Assembly: GCA_051313645.2 (NCBI GenBank)
Contig: JBNRSN020000004.1
Coordinates: forward strand, 239,816,001 to 239,880,000
DNA length: 64,000 bases
Direction of reading: 5' to 3'
Origin: Centroscyllium fabricii
Lineage: Eukaryota
Each line of letters begins with the position of its first letter. The stretch's first letter is position 1. A program made the position numbers and the translations under genes. The notes under the pieces are model-generated. The model did no database searches. It was given only the letters and a program-made list of their open reading frames with translations, and had not been told where the DNA came from. Positions 37,922 to 50,687 of the stretch are shown in pieces.

Positions 37922-38868
37922 ATGCTGCGCTTCTCTATGATAATCAAGAATGTGGCCGTTTCTCTTTCCGTTCCATAAACTTGTATACTCAGTAACAATG
38001 TTTAAAACGTTATCTTCCTTCAGAGACTGAGTTTTTTTTACATTACATTTTATTTATTTTAGTTTCTTAATTGATAAGACATGAAGAGAGAAAAAAACTC
38101 CTCAGGTTTCAATGAGGTTAATGTTTGTCGTTTCAAGCAAACTGAATCTAAAGTTAAATGGGACAAGTTTTCTGTTCACAGGAAAGACCTGGGGGTCTTT
38201 AAAGAAGCGTTTTAAGCAATGTTAAATGCTACACATACCAGATCTAAGGGCTGACCTTTTCACCTTGGATAGCTTATTTACATATATGTAAACAACGCAC
38301 TTTCCAAAGACAGCCATTGTCATCGAGCTTTGCTTCAGATTATTTGCACCAAAGGTTTTACTAATTTCACATAAATATACTCGATTAAGCGAAATGTAAA
38401 GACATGAAAAGGTACAAGATTATGGGATCAGCTTTCTAAACTAAACAATTTTCCTCGTATTGTTTTGACTGAACAAACCGCTGAAGCCGTGTGACTAGAA
38501 TGTCGCTGACATTTGCTTCAGAATCAACATGATTAGATGCAGTTTGGTGTCAATAGCAAAAGTCGATGGTGTTTTAGGGCACATCGGCCATATCAAGGGA
38601 GATATCTGCTATAGAGCTGTCTGCCTTTGGAAGGTTGGAGTCGATGCAAAAGAACTTCAAACAAGCCTTCAACTTCTGTCTTATTTGATGCTCAGCGTTT
38701 CCAGTATCACTTTCTGTTTACTAAAGAAAACAACTTGTACAAAAAGTAAAAACTCGGAAGCAACTAAGCAAATCTCTTTCATACACATAGGTGTGTTTCT
38801 TTTTATAAGTATTGGACTGGATGTTTAGTTCACCAAAATGTAAATCTATTCTTTTAATTGCAATACAT

Positions 38869-38907
38869 TAGAGTCATAGAGTAATAACGGCACAGAAGGA
38901 GGCCATT
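38869..38907 (-). mobile_element. Short LINE 3'-tail remnant
   Basis: TAGAGTCATAGAG...GGCACAGAAGGAGGCCATT resembles shark CR1-type tails in reverse. Confidence 0.4.
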
Positions 38908-38965
38908 AAGGGCACATAGCGTTTAAAATATGAAAAGGATTCATTAAAACAATTTCAGATTAAAG

Positions 38966-39078
38966 ACAAAAGAAAGACTTGCATTTATATAGCGCCATTC
39001 AGGACCTTCGGACGTCCCAAAGCGATTTACAGTCACTGAAGTACTTTTGAAGTGTAGTCACTGTTGTAATGTAGGAAA
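38966..39078 (-). mobile_element. Deu-SINE (SacSINE1-like) 3' tail fragment
   Basis: TTGCATTTATATAGCGCC...GGACGTCCCAAAGCG.TTTACA...GAAGTACTTTTGAAGTGTAGTCACTGTTGTAATGTAGGAAA, recognised from memory as the shark Deu-SINE tail. Confidence 0.65.
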
Positions 39079-40150
39079 TGAGATGAATCTAAATAGGCTG
39101 GAAATAAAAGTCTCTTGAAGCAGAACATTTTAGATTTTATATAATATACACTTATAAAAGTTCAATTATAATAACTAGGGACTCCCATACAAACGTTCAC
39201 AAACCGTTTAGAGCATTATTCAATTTCAAGGTCTGCGCTATTACGCAGGGTGCAATGCCTGGCCATCTGTTGCTAGTGATTAGGTGTAAAATCCAATGGT
39301 TGTGCAATCCGTTTGCTTTCTCACTCTGCACACCTCAACCCTCGCTGCTAAAAACATTCAGTACGATTCTATGGGAAAAGAATCGAAAGATTTTTGCTCA
39401 CTTTTACTACTTCTTGTCAATTCATATACCGATCAGTTAGTATACGCACAATTTAAATGCTGATACAATACATTCAACAATTATCGCTCGCACATTTCTT
39501 AACAGCAACAAAAACCTACATCACTTCTTAGAAGGTGAAATCTTTTAAAATATAACTACAAAAGACATGAGCGCCCTTTCCTATGATTTACTGGCAAATG
39601 TATAGCAGACCTTTACTGCACTTCCAAATCTTGTAACTTGAAATGAAATTTATATTCGGAAAGAATCCAAATGTCAATCTAAACTCGCCGTAATGTTCTT
39701 CGTTAAAATAGTTTAATCATCCAACATCTAACACTGAACGGTGAATTTGTTTTAATTTTATTTAGGTTTGGGGTCGTGATTATTTCCCCTGTACGAACCA
39801 ATGTTGTAATGATCACTCTATTACCCCTTGTGGACATTATACTCTTTGTTTTTACATTACGGTCACTTTTTATGCTGACTTGACCTATCATGAATAGGGT
39901 TGCCTTCTTCGATGCTGTTGTGTTTAATCGGAGAAGAGCGAGAGAGCCTCACCAAAAACGAGAGATCGCCCGCAATGTTCATTGGAACATTCGCCGTCTT
40001 GAATTTACCTTTTCCATGTACAGACACTGCATGTTCCTCCAGGGCAATCAGATTAAAGCTGATCAATATTTACTCAGTGTGCAAGGCTGACTGAAAACCC
40101 TATAGCTAAGAAACGGTTCCACTCTGCCTGCTCAGCCTTGTTTAATCTCC

Positions 40151-40167
40151 AGTTCACCGAAAGTTCA
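40151..40167 (+). promoter_or_regulatory. HoxA1 3' DR5 RARE
   Basis: AGTTCA-ccgaa-AGTTCA, about 3.1 kb after the HoxA1 stop; the mammalian element is GGTTCA-ccgaa-AGTTCA. Confidence 0.9.
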
Positions 40168-43100
40168 AGCCGAAATTAATTCAGCGTTGGGTCATTTTCA
40201 AATTAGCCCTCCTGTTTTAGCTTGAGGTCAGCCCCAGCTACAAACTCCAGACAAATCCCTTACACCAGCGACATGGTGGAAGCAAACGACGCATAATTAC
40301 AAAAAAAAACCTCTCAGAATCCACACCAAAATACAGGGTATTAAGCAAATTGTTATCCTTAGTTTGAGGTCAAAGTTCATTCTATCACTGAATAAATGAA
40401 TATTTAATTATAGTTTATTGCCCCATTCTAATGACAGGTCACGTTCTGAGTAATCTTCGCTATAAACATCGACGTCCTAATCGATACCGGGGTTTAGTTT
40501 TATGATAGAACTGAGACAGAAATGGCCAGCCACTATGCAGGACTAACGAGACTTTGTCAGCAGATACTGTTTTAATATAACGATTTATTTCGTTGAAAGA
40601 TGGCAAATGACAATGGAATCCCGATTATTTAGTATTCATAAAGCTTATACAAAGAACCTACAATCAGATCCTAACAGGCTACTAAATGCAGAAATTTACC
40701 AGGCACGTTTACGCATCATATTGGGACCATTTTTCCAAATGTAGGTTTGCGAATGTTTGGTGTCCGTCCAATTTCCGCAGTTATTAGAACTCTGAAATAT
40801 TTGTATGAATTTTCCATATTTTCAATGCGCATAATAGTGGTGCGACTCAGTATGAAGTATTAATATTACAAGTTATGTAAGGAGTCAAACAATATTTAAA
40901 GTCGCAAATAAAACGAGCTGAATGAGCCATGCAATCTGAAAATCGAAACCTTTAATATAGCTCATAATGGATGGATCAAATTTTACAATAAACTAAAGTG
41001 AATTAGTCAATGTTCGTGAACGCAACACAATCACGCTGTAATACTATAAAACCATGCAGATATTATAAACTGCATATACATAAATATCAGTAAACGACCT
41101 CTATCTAAAATCGTCCAATCAGCTCTTCAACTCTCAATCATCAATCGCCACTGGACAAATAGACTAGCTAAGATAATTTGACAGGATGAAGAAAGGTTTA
41201 AAGTGAAATACACACATAAGACAACGGAGATAATATTGAGAGAATATTTATGGTATTGTATGGGCAGGGATACATTTTCGTTCAAGTGCATTTTCAGTTA
41301 GCAATGACACAAATAGATGTGGAAGGAATATTTACCCCCAACAGCCTCACAACATGAAAGGTGCAGGGTGAATTTAAAATCTCTAATGTGTCTGCACTGA
41401 ACACAGAGGATATCCAACCATCAAGGTTTGGATTATTCAAAGCATAACTTAAATAGTTACAGAATTGACAGAAATCAGGTTGTTTCTTTTAAATCATTTC
41501 AAGTTCACAAAATAAGCACCAAATTAAAGTTAATCTTTAAACAGTGTCAGAAGTGCGTGTTTCCTAAACTGCGAGTCTCACGTGTTCTTTGGGTCAGGAG
41601 GTTAGTAAAGTTCTCATATTATTTTCACCTCTACCAAAGAGACCTCGAACCTGCTTTGGGGAATGTGAGAAATAAGGCAAAAGTAATTCGGGGATTTTTT
41701 TGGACCTCGTTTGAAACATTTTCAATGCTTACCAGCTTAGGTCGACGTGTTTATTTTAGTTGGGCAGTAGAACCTTTTTAAAACAGAAAGCTATGAGCGC
41801 TTCCTGCATTTCTAAATTCACTTTAATAACAACACGCGTGAACTGTGCATTCAGTACAGTATTAATCTACACTATAAGACAGTAATTTGTTTCGAAATAA
41901 TTAACTGAGTCTATACACAGGACAATCCCAGTTCTGACCTTTTGATAGTTTTGCCCATAAGGTTAAGCAAACGTACTTCAGGTTGTAAGGGCCGATTCAT
42001 CATTTTAAGAGGCTAATCCATGATTTTAGCAATGCGGTAGCTGCTCTCGCGTAATATCTAATATTTTACATTTGGAAACAATAGCGGAGTTTAATATTAC
42101 ATTCAAAATAAGCACGGAGTCAAGTATCAAAATACAGAAGTAATAAAACGGCTGACAATACATTACAAATCAACAGCCAGCCATATTCTGTCTCTACTGT
42201 CGATACACATTATAAATTAAAAGTTGAAATATTTAAACAAATTCCACAATCATTTGTATCCAACGCCTTTCCAAATATTTCTACTGATTAATACATTTTT
42301 GAAGTACAGTTGAACTTCTTTAATTTTACTAACCTAAGGTGTACCATTTATTCCATTATACTGTAATATTTGTGGATATGGCCAAATGTCCTTATCCATA
42401 TTTACATACAGACCAAGGATCGGCCTTTCTCTTATGGTGTAGCATTAATATAACATTTAGAAATCCAATAATATTGATCGTTAGTTTAAACGTAATTTTC
42501 GCAGTTAATACCAGGAAGTGTTAAGAGAGGAAATCGATATCAGTCAGAATGGACAGATCATACTATCATTATTCAGCGATATTTCACACAACCGCACAAT
42601 CTACAGAAAAGCCCTGGCATTTACCTATATAAAATCAAATTTTCAAAAACGCTCGCTGTAAAATTAAGACAACTAGTTTAGAAATAAAACAGAAATATTA
42701 AGAATTTACAATATTTTTCGTTCCGTTGATGTTAACAGAAGCAAAGCAGTCTTCGCTCATTGTGAAATGAATGGCGAAAGTAAACATTCTTGCAGAATTA
42801 CTGGGCAGCTGGGATCCGCTTCGATAGGCTCGTTTACCTCTTAGCCCCAAATCTGTACTTATAATTATATCTGCATGGCATAAGAACAGTAACATCTCAC
42901 GATCAAAACTTTTCCACAAACGTAAAACCATCTTTAAAGATTTCGAAGTTAATTTTGCAAATATTGAGACAGGAAAAGCAGAATGAAGTACGAAGACAAT
43001 TCGAGTTTGTATACTGCGCGCAGAAGCTTACACTTTCCCTACTTTAAGAACGAGCGCACTGTTAGCTGGAGTTGAATCCATGTACGAGACACAACTAAAA

Positions 43101-44791
43101 ACGGATGACCTGAGCTGCTAAACAATTCAGGCTGGAGGTGCCTTGCCATTTGACAGTACTCGAAACAGCGGGATTAAACTTTTGCAATATACCCTGTCCT
43201 TCTGTTATGCTATAAGAGATGGATCTGCTATTTGCCATATTCGGTGTATGCCAATTTCCAAACACCACAAGCTACCTGTCGGTTGACAAGTTCTGTCCAG
43301 GACCGCCAGACCGGCTGCTCCTTCCGCTAAGATTGTAGAACAAATCGTCAACAAGTAAGGCAAGGTTTCGTGCAAATTCAACATTTTTATTTCAACTGGT
43401 AGAATTATTTCAGAAAATCCAACTCTCTGCTGTCTTCATTGTTGAAAATTACACAAGCCACTAATGACCCGCCAATAAATATATAACAAGCATAAACCTT
43501 TTGTAATGCGCCTTATTAGAAAATCCCTAAAGGTGAATGACTGGGTTTGTATGCCCTTGCTTCATGTTTCCGCACTGTGCTCTGGGACCCAAAGGTAAAG
43601 CCCCCAAAGCCCCGTGTAATGAATGTAGATTTAATTTAAAATATGTCCTTCAACACTTCGGGCAGTATGAATTTGTTATAAGCGACTAATAATCTGATCA
43701 TTGGTATCCGGTTTGGCCGCAGCCTTTGGCCCCAGGACTTGGCCGTTGTAAAAAAGGAATTAAAGTTTCGCACCGAGTTGCGGTTGATCGCAGCAAACGA
43801 GCAGCGCGAAGGGACGCGAGCCGACTTCTTTAATCTGGGTGCTTTTCACATGCGAAACTCTGCCGGCTGGTTTTAGTTGGGCGCTCATACTGCAGTTATA
43901 CTGCTCATGTCGAGTCCGTGGACAATGCGCACTCTGACTCGTTCAGTACCCATAACATCGAAAGAGTTTTTTTTTGTGTGCCGTTTTTGTAAAATCATTG
44001 ATCGAAAAACCGGACACATTCTGCTCCTTTTTCCTCTGTCTCAGAATTGTGTTCCTGTGCAGGAACAGGAAAAAACCAGGCCTTGTGGTGTAATGAGCTC
44101 GTAGGGAAATCGATGGTATTTACATAGAAGGAGCATTCGGTTTCAGACACACCGTTTAGTGATACTAACGGATGATCAACTAAAATGGGGTGTTGAATTG
44201 TATTGCAAGTTGCCGGCTTAATTGTTTACTTTTTAAACGTTTCAGACATATTGTTCTTTTGAAAAATTATTCTTTCAAAGGTTTAAAAAAAAATCTGCCA
44301 CGCAGATCACCCCTTCGAGTTCGAAAATAGCTTTGTATATTGAAATAAATATTAATAAGTAACCACCAGTACTACCTTTGAGGTAATTTTAATGCAATTT
44401 AGATATAACGTATGTCATATTCCGTATATACCATATGCTGATATTTACCAAACATCAGACATGTATGGGTTGATTTTAAAATCATCTTGCCCAATATGTA
44501 AGATTTACGCAAATATTCACGCTTGCCTTTAATGATAAGCGAGTAGGAATTAAAAAAGGCTTTATAAATTAGACCCCAGTCAGGTCCTAAAATCTATCAT
44601 CGGACCCAAAATGTGTCCTTTAAAAAGGTGACATAATATGGTGAATATAACATTCATTATGATGTATATTTTAATGTAAAATGACACAAATCCTATTGTT
44701 CTCTTATCTGCGTATTTTTTTTATCCAAGTGCGAGCTTGATGTGGATACACTTTCCTGCCCTTGGTGCCAAACAGTATTTAAGCTGAGCTC

Positions 44792-44983
44792 TGAAGCTGG
44801 TATTACTATACAATCTACACCTGAGAGAATGTACCCGAGTGAAGCTGGTATTACTATACAATCTACACCTGAGAGAATGTACCTGAGTGAAGCTGGTATT
44901 ACTATACAACCTACACCTGAGAGAATGTACCTGAATGAAGCTGGTATTACTATACAACCTACACCTGAGAGAATGTGCCCGAG
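44792..44983. repeat. 48-bp minisatellite, 4 copies
   Basis: TGAAGCTGGTATTACTATACAATCTACACCTGAGAGAATGTACCCGAG starting at 44792, 44840, 44888 and 44936, near identical with no spacers. Confidence 0.95.
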
Positions 44984-45118
44984 AGAAGCGGTAATTCATT
45001 GCAGGGACTCAGTGACATGAAACCACAAGAACATTACTACCCTGGTTTCTTAGTGTAATTGGAGCCTGATATTGAATTCCAAGTGTTTTCTATAACACAC
45101 AATATATAAGTAGATTGT

Positions 45119-45148
45119 TGGGGGGTTGGGGGGGTGGGGTGGGGGGGA
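45119..45148 (+). repeat. G-run tract (G-quadruplex-competent)
   Basis: Four G-runs of 4 or more separated by 1-2 T. Confidence 0.8.
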
Positions 45149-45566
45149 GACTGTTCTCTTACCTTTTAAAACCTAGCATGTTCAATGCAGACTGCAGAGT
45201 TTGAGGTGATGTAATCACGAAATAGATACAGATGAAGAAACCCATTCAGCCTGTGTTAACTCATCCAGACATAAATAGTCTCCAGTTCTATGTGTTGGTC
45301 ACACTTTGTATGAAGAAGAACTTCCAGACAACACTCCTAAATTTAATGTTCAACTTGTGTCTCCTTGTCCTATTGTCACAATTTGATTTAAAGTAATGTT
45401 CTGAATTTACTCTTTACCGATAGCTGGAAATGGGTTGCAATCAATTTCAGTAGTATCCTCTTTATACTATCTGTCTGGACATTTGATTCTTATGGTCAGA
45501 AGAGGTGGCCTGCACACGTGAGCAGACGCATGTGAAGAGCTTCGCTACATGCAGTTAAAATGTCAA

Positions 45567-45605
45567 TGTATTGAGAGTGTATTGAGAGTGTATTGCGGGT
45601 GTATT
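45567..45605. repeat. 11-bp tandem repeat, about 3.5 copies
   Basis: TGTATTGAGAG units. Confidence 0.75.
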
Positions 45606-46391
45606 CACACTGTCTCAATTTTACAGAAGTGTAAAAAGGGACAAGGTGGCCTAAGGGACCCCTTGGGCACTTCTTAAAACCAGTTTGACACAGTGCCAGG
45701 CTTGAACTGCATATAGTGAACTAAGTGGTGTGAGGCAACCCATTCCAGGGAGTCTCACATGGCTTCTCTCGAGAATTATGCTGGACCCAGACTGTGGACT
45801 TGTATTGCAACTTTACTGCTGGTGTGAAGTGGAAACTGCTTTGCACCCACACTAAGGCCAGAATTTTCTTTGGGTCTGTGCGGGCGTCAATGGAGGTGGG
45901 TCGGGTGGGAAATTTGAAAAATGTTGGAGTGGGTCATGAACCCGCCGTCATCCCACCCACTCAGGCACGTTTGTTGATGTGGCAGCGACCCGACTGGCAG
46001 AGGTGGAAGAAATAATTGAAATAATTGTAACCTTGTTTTCAGACAGTTAAGAGACTTTTCCCCCCTACATTTCAAATTTCCTTGCATGGCCTGGGGTTCA
46101 CGCAGCTCAGGAATCATGCCTATCAACCTGAGACAGGAGTTGAGTGGCCATTGCTCCAGCTGATTATTTGACAGCATCAAATGTAGTTTAAAAGCTCCCA
46201 CCTGACAGCTGATCACTTTTCTCAGGTAGAAGCTGTTGCTGACTGCATTCCCAGCACAGATTAAAGTTTCTGCAGGCCGTAAGTCTTTCCAGCAAAGTCT
46301 CCATCCAGTGTCAACACATTGGAAGAAGGTCTCTCACCATTGACAGTTTGCTTCTGTCAATTCTACTTGACCTGCCATCTCTTTGACCAGC

Positions 46392-47627
46392 ATGGATATC
46401 ATTTATACTGTCTCACCTTGGTCTTCAGAATCTGACCACGATGAACCCCAACACCAACAGCAGCAGGCATCCCAGCAGCACCAACAACAACCCCACCACC
46501 AACTTTCTCCTCAATGCCCTGATGCTCCACAGGGCAGAGGGCATCAGTGCAGGGTTGCACCATGCTGGAGGCAATACCCACAACACAGGGTATACAGGCA
46601 GAGGATGAGCTTCCTCAACATGACCGAGCAGCAGTGCCAAAGGAGGTGCAGGTCATCACAGACATTTGCACATTGCTGGAGGAAGACCTGTAGCCCAGGA
46701 GAATGTGTGGACACACCTTACCAATGGTTGTCAAAGACACCAGCACCCTCAACTTCTTCATCTCAGGCTCCTTCCAGGGATCTACAGCAGACATTTGCAG
46801 CATCTTGCAGTCAGTCACCCACAGATGCATCACACAGGTCAGCGATGCCCTCTTTGACAAGTCAACCAATTATATCAACTTTGCCACTGATGAAGTCAGA
46901 GTTACTGAGCGGGTGCTCAACTTTGCCACTCTGGCTGGTTTCTCATGGGTGCAGGGCACCATCAACTGCACATATGTGGCTATCTTGTCACCACAACATC
47001 ACCAGAAGTCTTTGTCAACCACAAGGGCTTCCACTCCCTCAATGTTAAGCTGGTCTGCAACCGTAGGAATCTCATCATGCATCTGTGTGTCAAATTCACT
47101 GGCAGCAGTCATGACTCATCCTGCACTAGTCCACCCTTCCTCAGTTCTTAATAGCTCCAAACAGACTTTCCGGCTGGCTGCTTGGAGACAAGGGCTATCC
47201 GCTGATGATGTGGCTCATGACACCATTGAGGAGGCCATATGCTGAGGCCGAGGAGAGATATAATGAAAGCTATATCTCCACCAGATGTGTCATAGAGCGG
47301 ACAATAGGCATGCTGAAAATGCGATTCAGATGCCTTGATCGATCTGGAGGAGTTCTTCAGTACGCACTAGCCAGGGTCTCCAGAATCATTGTGGTCTGCT
47401 GTGCCCTGTACAAAATAGCACAGTTGCGAGGATTAGTGCTGCATGAGGAGCAAGTCACTGAGCGCACAGCCTCTTCAGAGGAGGAGGTGCAGGAGGAAGA
47501 GGAGCATCAACAGAAAGATGATGAAGAGCAGGAGCTGGAGAAACCTGTGCTGCGGATGGCACCAGCACTCGAGCACATTGTTGCCCGGCAGGCCAGGAAT
47601 GGCCTCATCATGGCCAGATTTACTTAA
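46392..47627 (+). pseudogene. Harbinger (HARBI1-like) DDE transposase, frameshifted
   Basis: Motifs spread over several frames: [62 protein letters not shown]; first catalytic D appears as N. Confidence 0.88.
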
Positions 47628-48988
47628 CTTTATGCAGTACACCCATATGGCTGCCACATACTTCGCCAGGTTGGCACCACCCCACAGCCACACCATAAAG
47701 CATCCCTACAGTGACCAATCCATCCCTTTCACAGTCGCCACCACTGTTGGAGGTAAAGCTATGTCTGACCCTTCACTCCAACTAACTAAGCTACTTCCAA
47801 AGGTGCACACAAATTTGTCCAAGACGGGTAAGTTTTGAAAAGAAAGAAATTCATGGTTCACATTAAATTAACTGAAACTTCACATTAACATTGAATAAAG
47901 CACCCAAGTGGCTACCCTTGTGAATCTACTAGTGTGGCATCTTTCTCTTATGTGTGCTTCTACATGGTGCTACCACTATGGCTTCAGCAGAGGTAGAGGC
48001 AGCCTCTTCACTTCCCTGCTGCGACTGCTTAGACACTTTTGGTGGTCGTCCTCTGGGTTTTGGAGCCTGTGATGGCCCCGCCAAAGTCTACTCCTCCTGC
48101 AACTGTGCAGGGGCAGACTCGGCCATCGCTGTCTGGGGAGGCATCTGGGGCTTTGACTGAAGCGATTGCAATGGGGAAGAAGTGTGATCGCTTTGAGAGG
48201 AGCTCCCACTTGCATGTCCCATCTCACTATCATTCCTCTCATGGGCCACCTGCACTTTCCTGCTAGCAAGAAGGTGGAGAGCACCTTACTGCACATTAGT
48301 GGGGCCATGAGGACCTACATCTACACTGACATCCCTCCTAGAGAAGATATCTATGATCCTCTGCCATCTATTCTCCCTAGATAGCCATTTATCCTCCATA
48401 GATACCCATCTATTGTGCATAGATATCCATCTATTGTGCATTGAGACCATGTGCTTCTCTGAGTGGTGCATTAGCTGCTCCATGCAAGTGGCCATCCTAT
48501 CCATGGAGGAGCTTACAAACACCATCGCCTGCGACACAGTCGTGCTCATGTTGGAGATGGACTCCTCTATTCTCTGAACACTGTCAGTCATCGCGCTCAC
48601 AAAACCTGTCAGAGCCTCCGGGACTTGTTTCTGCAGCTCCAGGATCACCTACTTTCTGATGGCCACCGAGGCTCAGGGTCTGTATGCAGCTGAGCAGAGC
48701 TGGGAGCATACTGTGCCCTCCAACAAGGAGTCTCCACTGCTGTCCTTGGCTCCACCATCTGCTCTTGCTTGGTTGTGATTTGTGGGACACCATGGGACAA
48801 CACAACTCTATCCTGCGAGAGACCCACTGAGGTGTGCGTTTCTGCGCTGGTGCTGGTTGCGCTTCTGTCTGTTGACAATGTGCCCTCAGAGGTTGGAGGC
48901 TCCTCTGATGAGTCATCTTCCCCTTGCTCCTGGATGGTGGTGTGCGCTCTTGATGGACCTGTGCGAGAGTAAAGTGATGAGTTAGATA

Positions 48989-49339
48989 CAGGTTGAGCAC
49001 CGTTAATCCGGCACCCTCGGGACCAGGCCGGTGCCGGACCACTGAAAATTCCGAACCACTGAAGGTTCGGGGGGAGCGTGCAGTAGAACACTCCCCGGGG
49101 CCCGGAGCACGCGGGTAGAACATTTCCTGGGAGGGAGCTCAGGGATAGAACACCTAGCAGCCCCATAAAAACAGAAACCGAAACGCCCGATGCCTTCGGC
49201 GCTCGCCCACCCTTCACGGGAAATGGTGGCGCTGCCGAGCGGCTGCTCCGCAAAATGAAGAGCGCCGGTTTCCAATATGCCACAAAGGACCACTGAAGCT
49301 GCCAGACCATCGGGTGCCGGATTACCAGTGCTTAACTTG
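48989..49339. mobile_element. Tc1/mariner pogo/Tigger-like MITE (351 bp) nested in Harbinger 1
   Basis: 28-bp TIRs CAGGTTGAGCACCGTTAATCCGGCACCC / GGGTGCCGGATTACCAGTGCTTAACTTG (24/28); TA on both sides. Confidence 0.85.
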
Positions 49340-49396
49340 TATGTTATATGTAGCCTGGGTACAGATACAAATAACATAATCACCATTCAATGGTTG

Positions 49397-50687
49397 CTGA
49401 CATCGCTAGTAGGGAAAATGCTAGAGTCCATTATAAAAGATGTAATAGCAGAGCACTTGGAAAACAGTGACAAGATCGGACAAAGTCAACATGGATTTAC
49501 AAAAGGTAAATCATGCTTGACTAATCTACTGGAATTTTTTGAGTATGAAACTGGTAGAGTAGATAAGAGAGAACCAGTGGATGTGATGTATTTGGACTTT
49601 CAGAAGGCTTTCGATAAGATCCCGTATAAGAGATTAGCATGCAAAGTTAAAGCACATGGAATTGGGGGTAAGGTACTGACTTGGATAGAGAACTGGTTGG
49701 CAGACAGGAAGCAAAGAGTTGGAATATACGGATCTTTTTCCAATGTAATATCTCCAAGTTTGCAGATGACACAAAGCTGGGTGTGCATTTGAGCTGTGAG
49801 GAGGATGCAGAGAAACTCTAGTATGATTTGGACAGGTTGGAGGATTGGGCAGATGTATGGCAGATGCAGTATAATGTGGATAAATGCGAGATTATCCACT
49901 TCAGTGTCAAAAACCGGCAGGCAGATTATCTGAACAGCAATAGATTGGGAGAAGAGGAATAGCAACGAGACCTGGGTGTTCTTGTGCACCAGTCGCTGAA
50001 GGTAAGCATGCAGGTGCAGCAGGCAGTTAAGAAGGCAAATGGTATGTTGGCCTTCATAGCAAGAGGATTCGAGTACAGGAGCAAGGATGTCTTGCTGCAG
50101 TTGTACAGGGCCTTGGTGAGACCACACCTTGAGTATTGTGTGCAGTTTTGGTTGCCTTATCTGAGGAAGGATGTTCTGGCCATGGAGGAAGTGCAGTGAA
50201 GATTCACCAGACTGATACCTGGGATGGCAGGAATGACGTATGAGGAGAGATTGGGTCGATTGGGCTTATATTCACTAGAGTTTAGAAGAATGAGAGGGGA
50301 TCTCATTGAAACTTATAAAATACTAACAGGACTATAAAGACTAGATGCAAAAAGGATATTCCCGATGGCGGGGGAGTCCAGACCCAACGGTCACAGTCTA
50401 AGGATAAGGGGTAAGCCATTTAGGACAGAGATGAGGAGGAGTTTCTTCACCCAGAGAGTGGTGGACCTGTGGAATTCTCTACCACAGAAGACAGTTGAAG
50501 CCAATTCATTAAATATATTCAAGAAGGAGTTAGATATATTTCTTAAGTCTAAAGGGATCAAGGGATATGGGGAGAAAGCAGGGACAGGGTACTGAATTTG
50601 AATGATCAGCCATGATCGCATTAAATGGCGGAACAGGCTCGAGGTGCCGAACGGCCTACTCCTGCTCCTATCTTCTATGTTTCTATG
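49397..50687 (+). mobile_element. 5'-truncated CR1 LINE (RT C-terminal half and 3' UTR) nested in Harbinger 1
   Basis: SQHGFTKGKSCLTNLLEFF, YLDFQKAFDK, KFADDTKL, LVRPHLEYCVQFW, WNSLP; stops and frameshifts; TTCTATGT terminal repeats; the GVPQGSVLGP segment is missing at about 49741. Confidence 0.93.

Noticed and set aside
44792-44983. CRISPR-like array or 16-aa repeat protein
   Set aside because: Head-to-tail 48-bp units without unique spacers in eukaryotic DNA; the ORFs on both strands arise because 48 is a multiple of 3
46392-47627. Domesticated HARBI1/NAIF1 host genes
   Set aside because: Frameshifts, altered catalytic residues, TIRs and TSD show these are transposon copies, as is the copy at 58.8-62.3 kb
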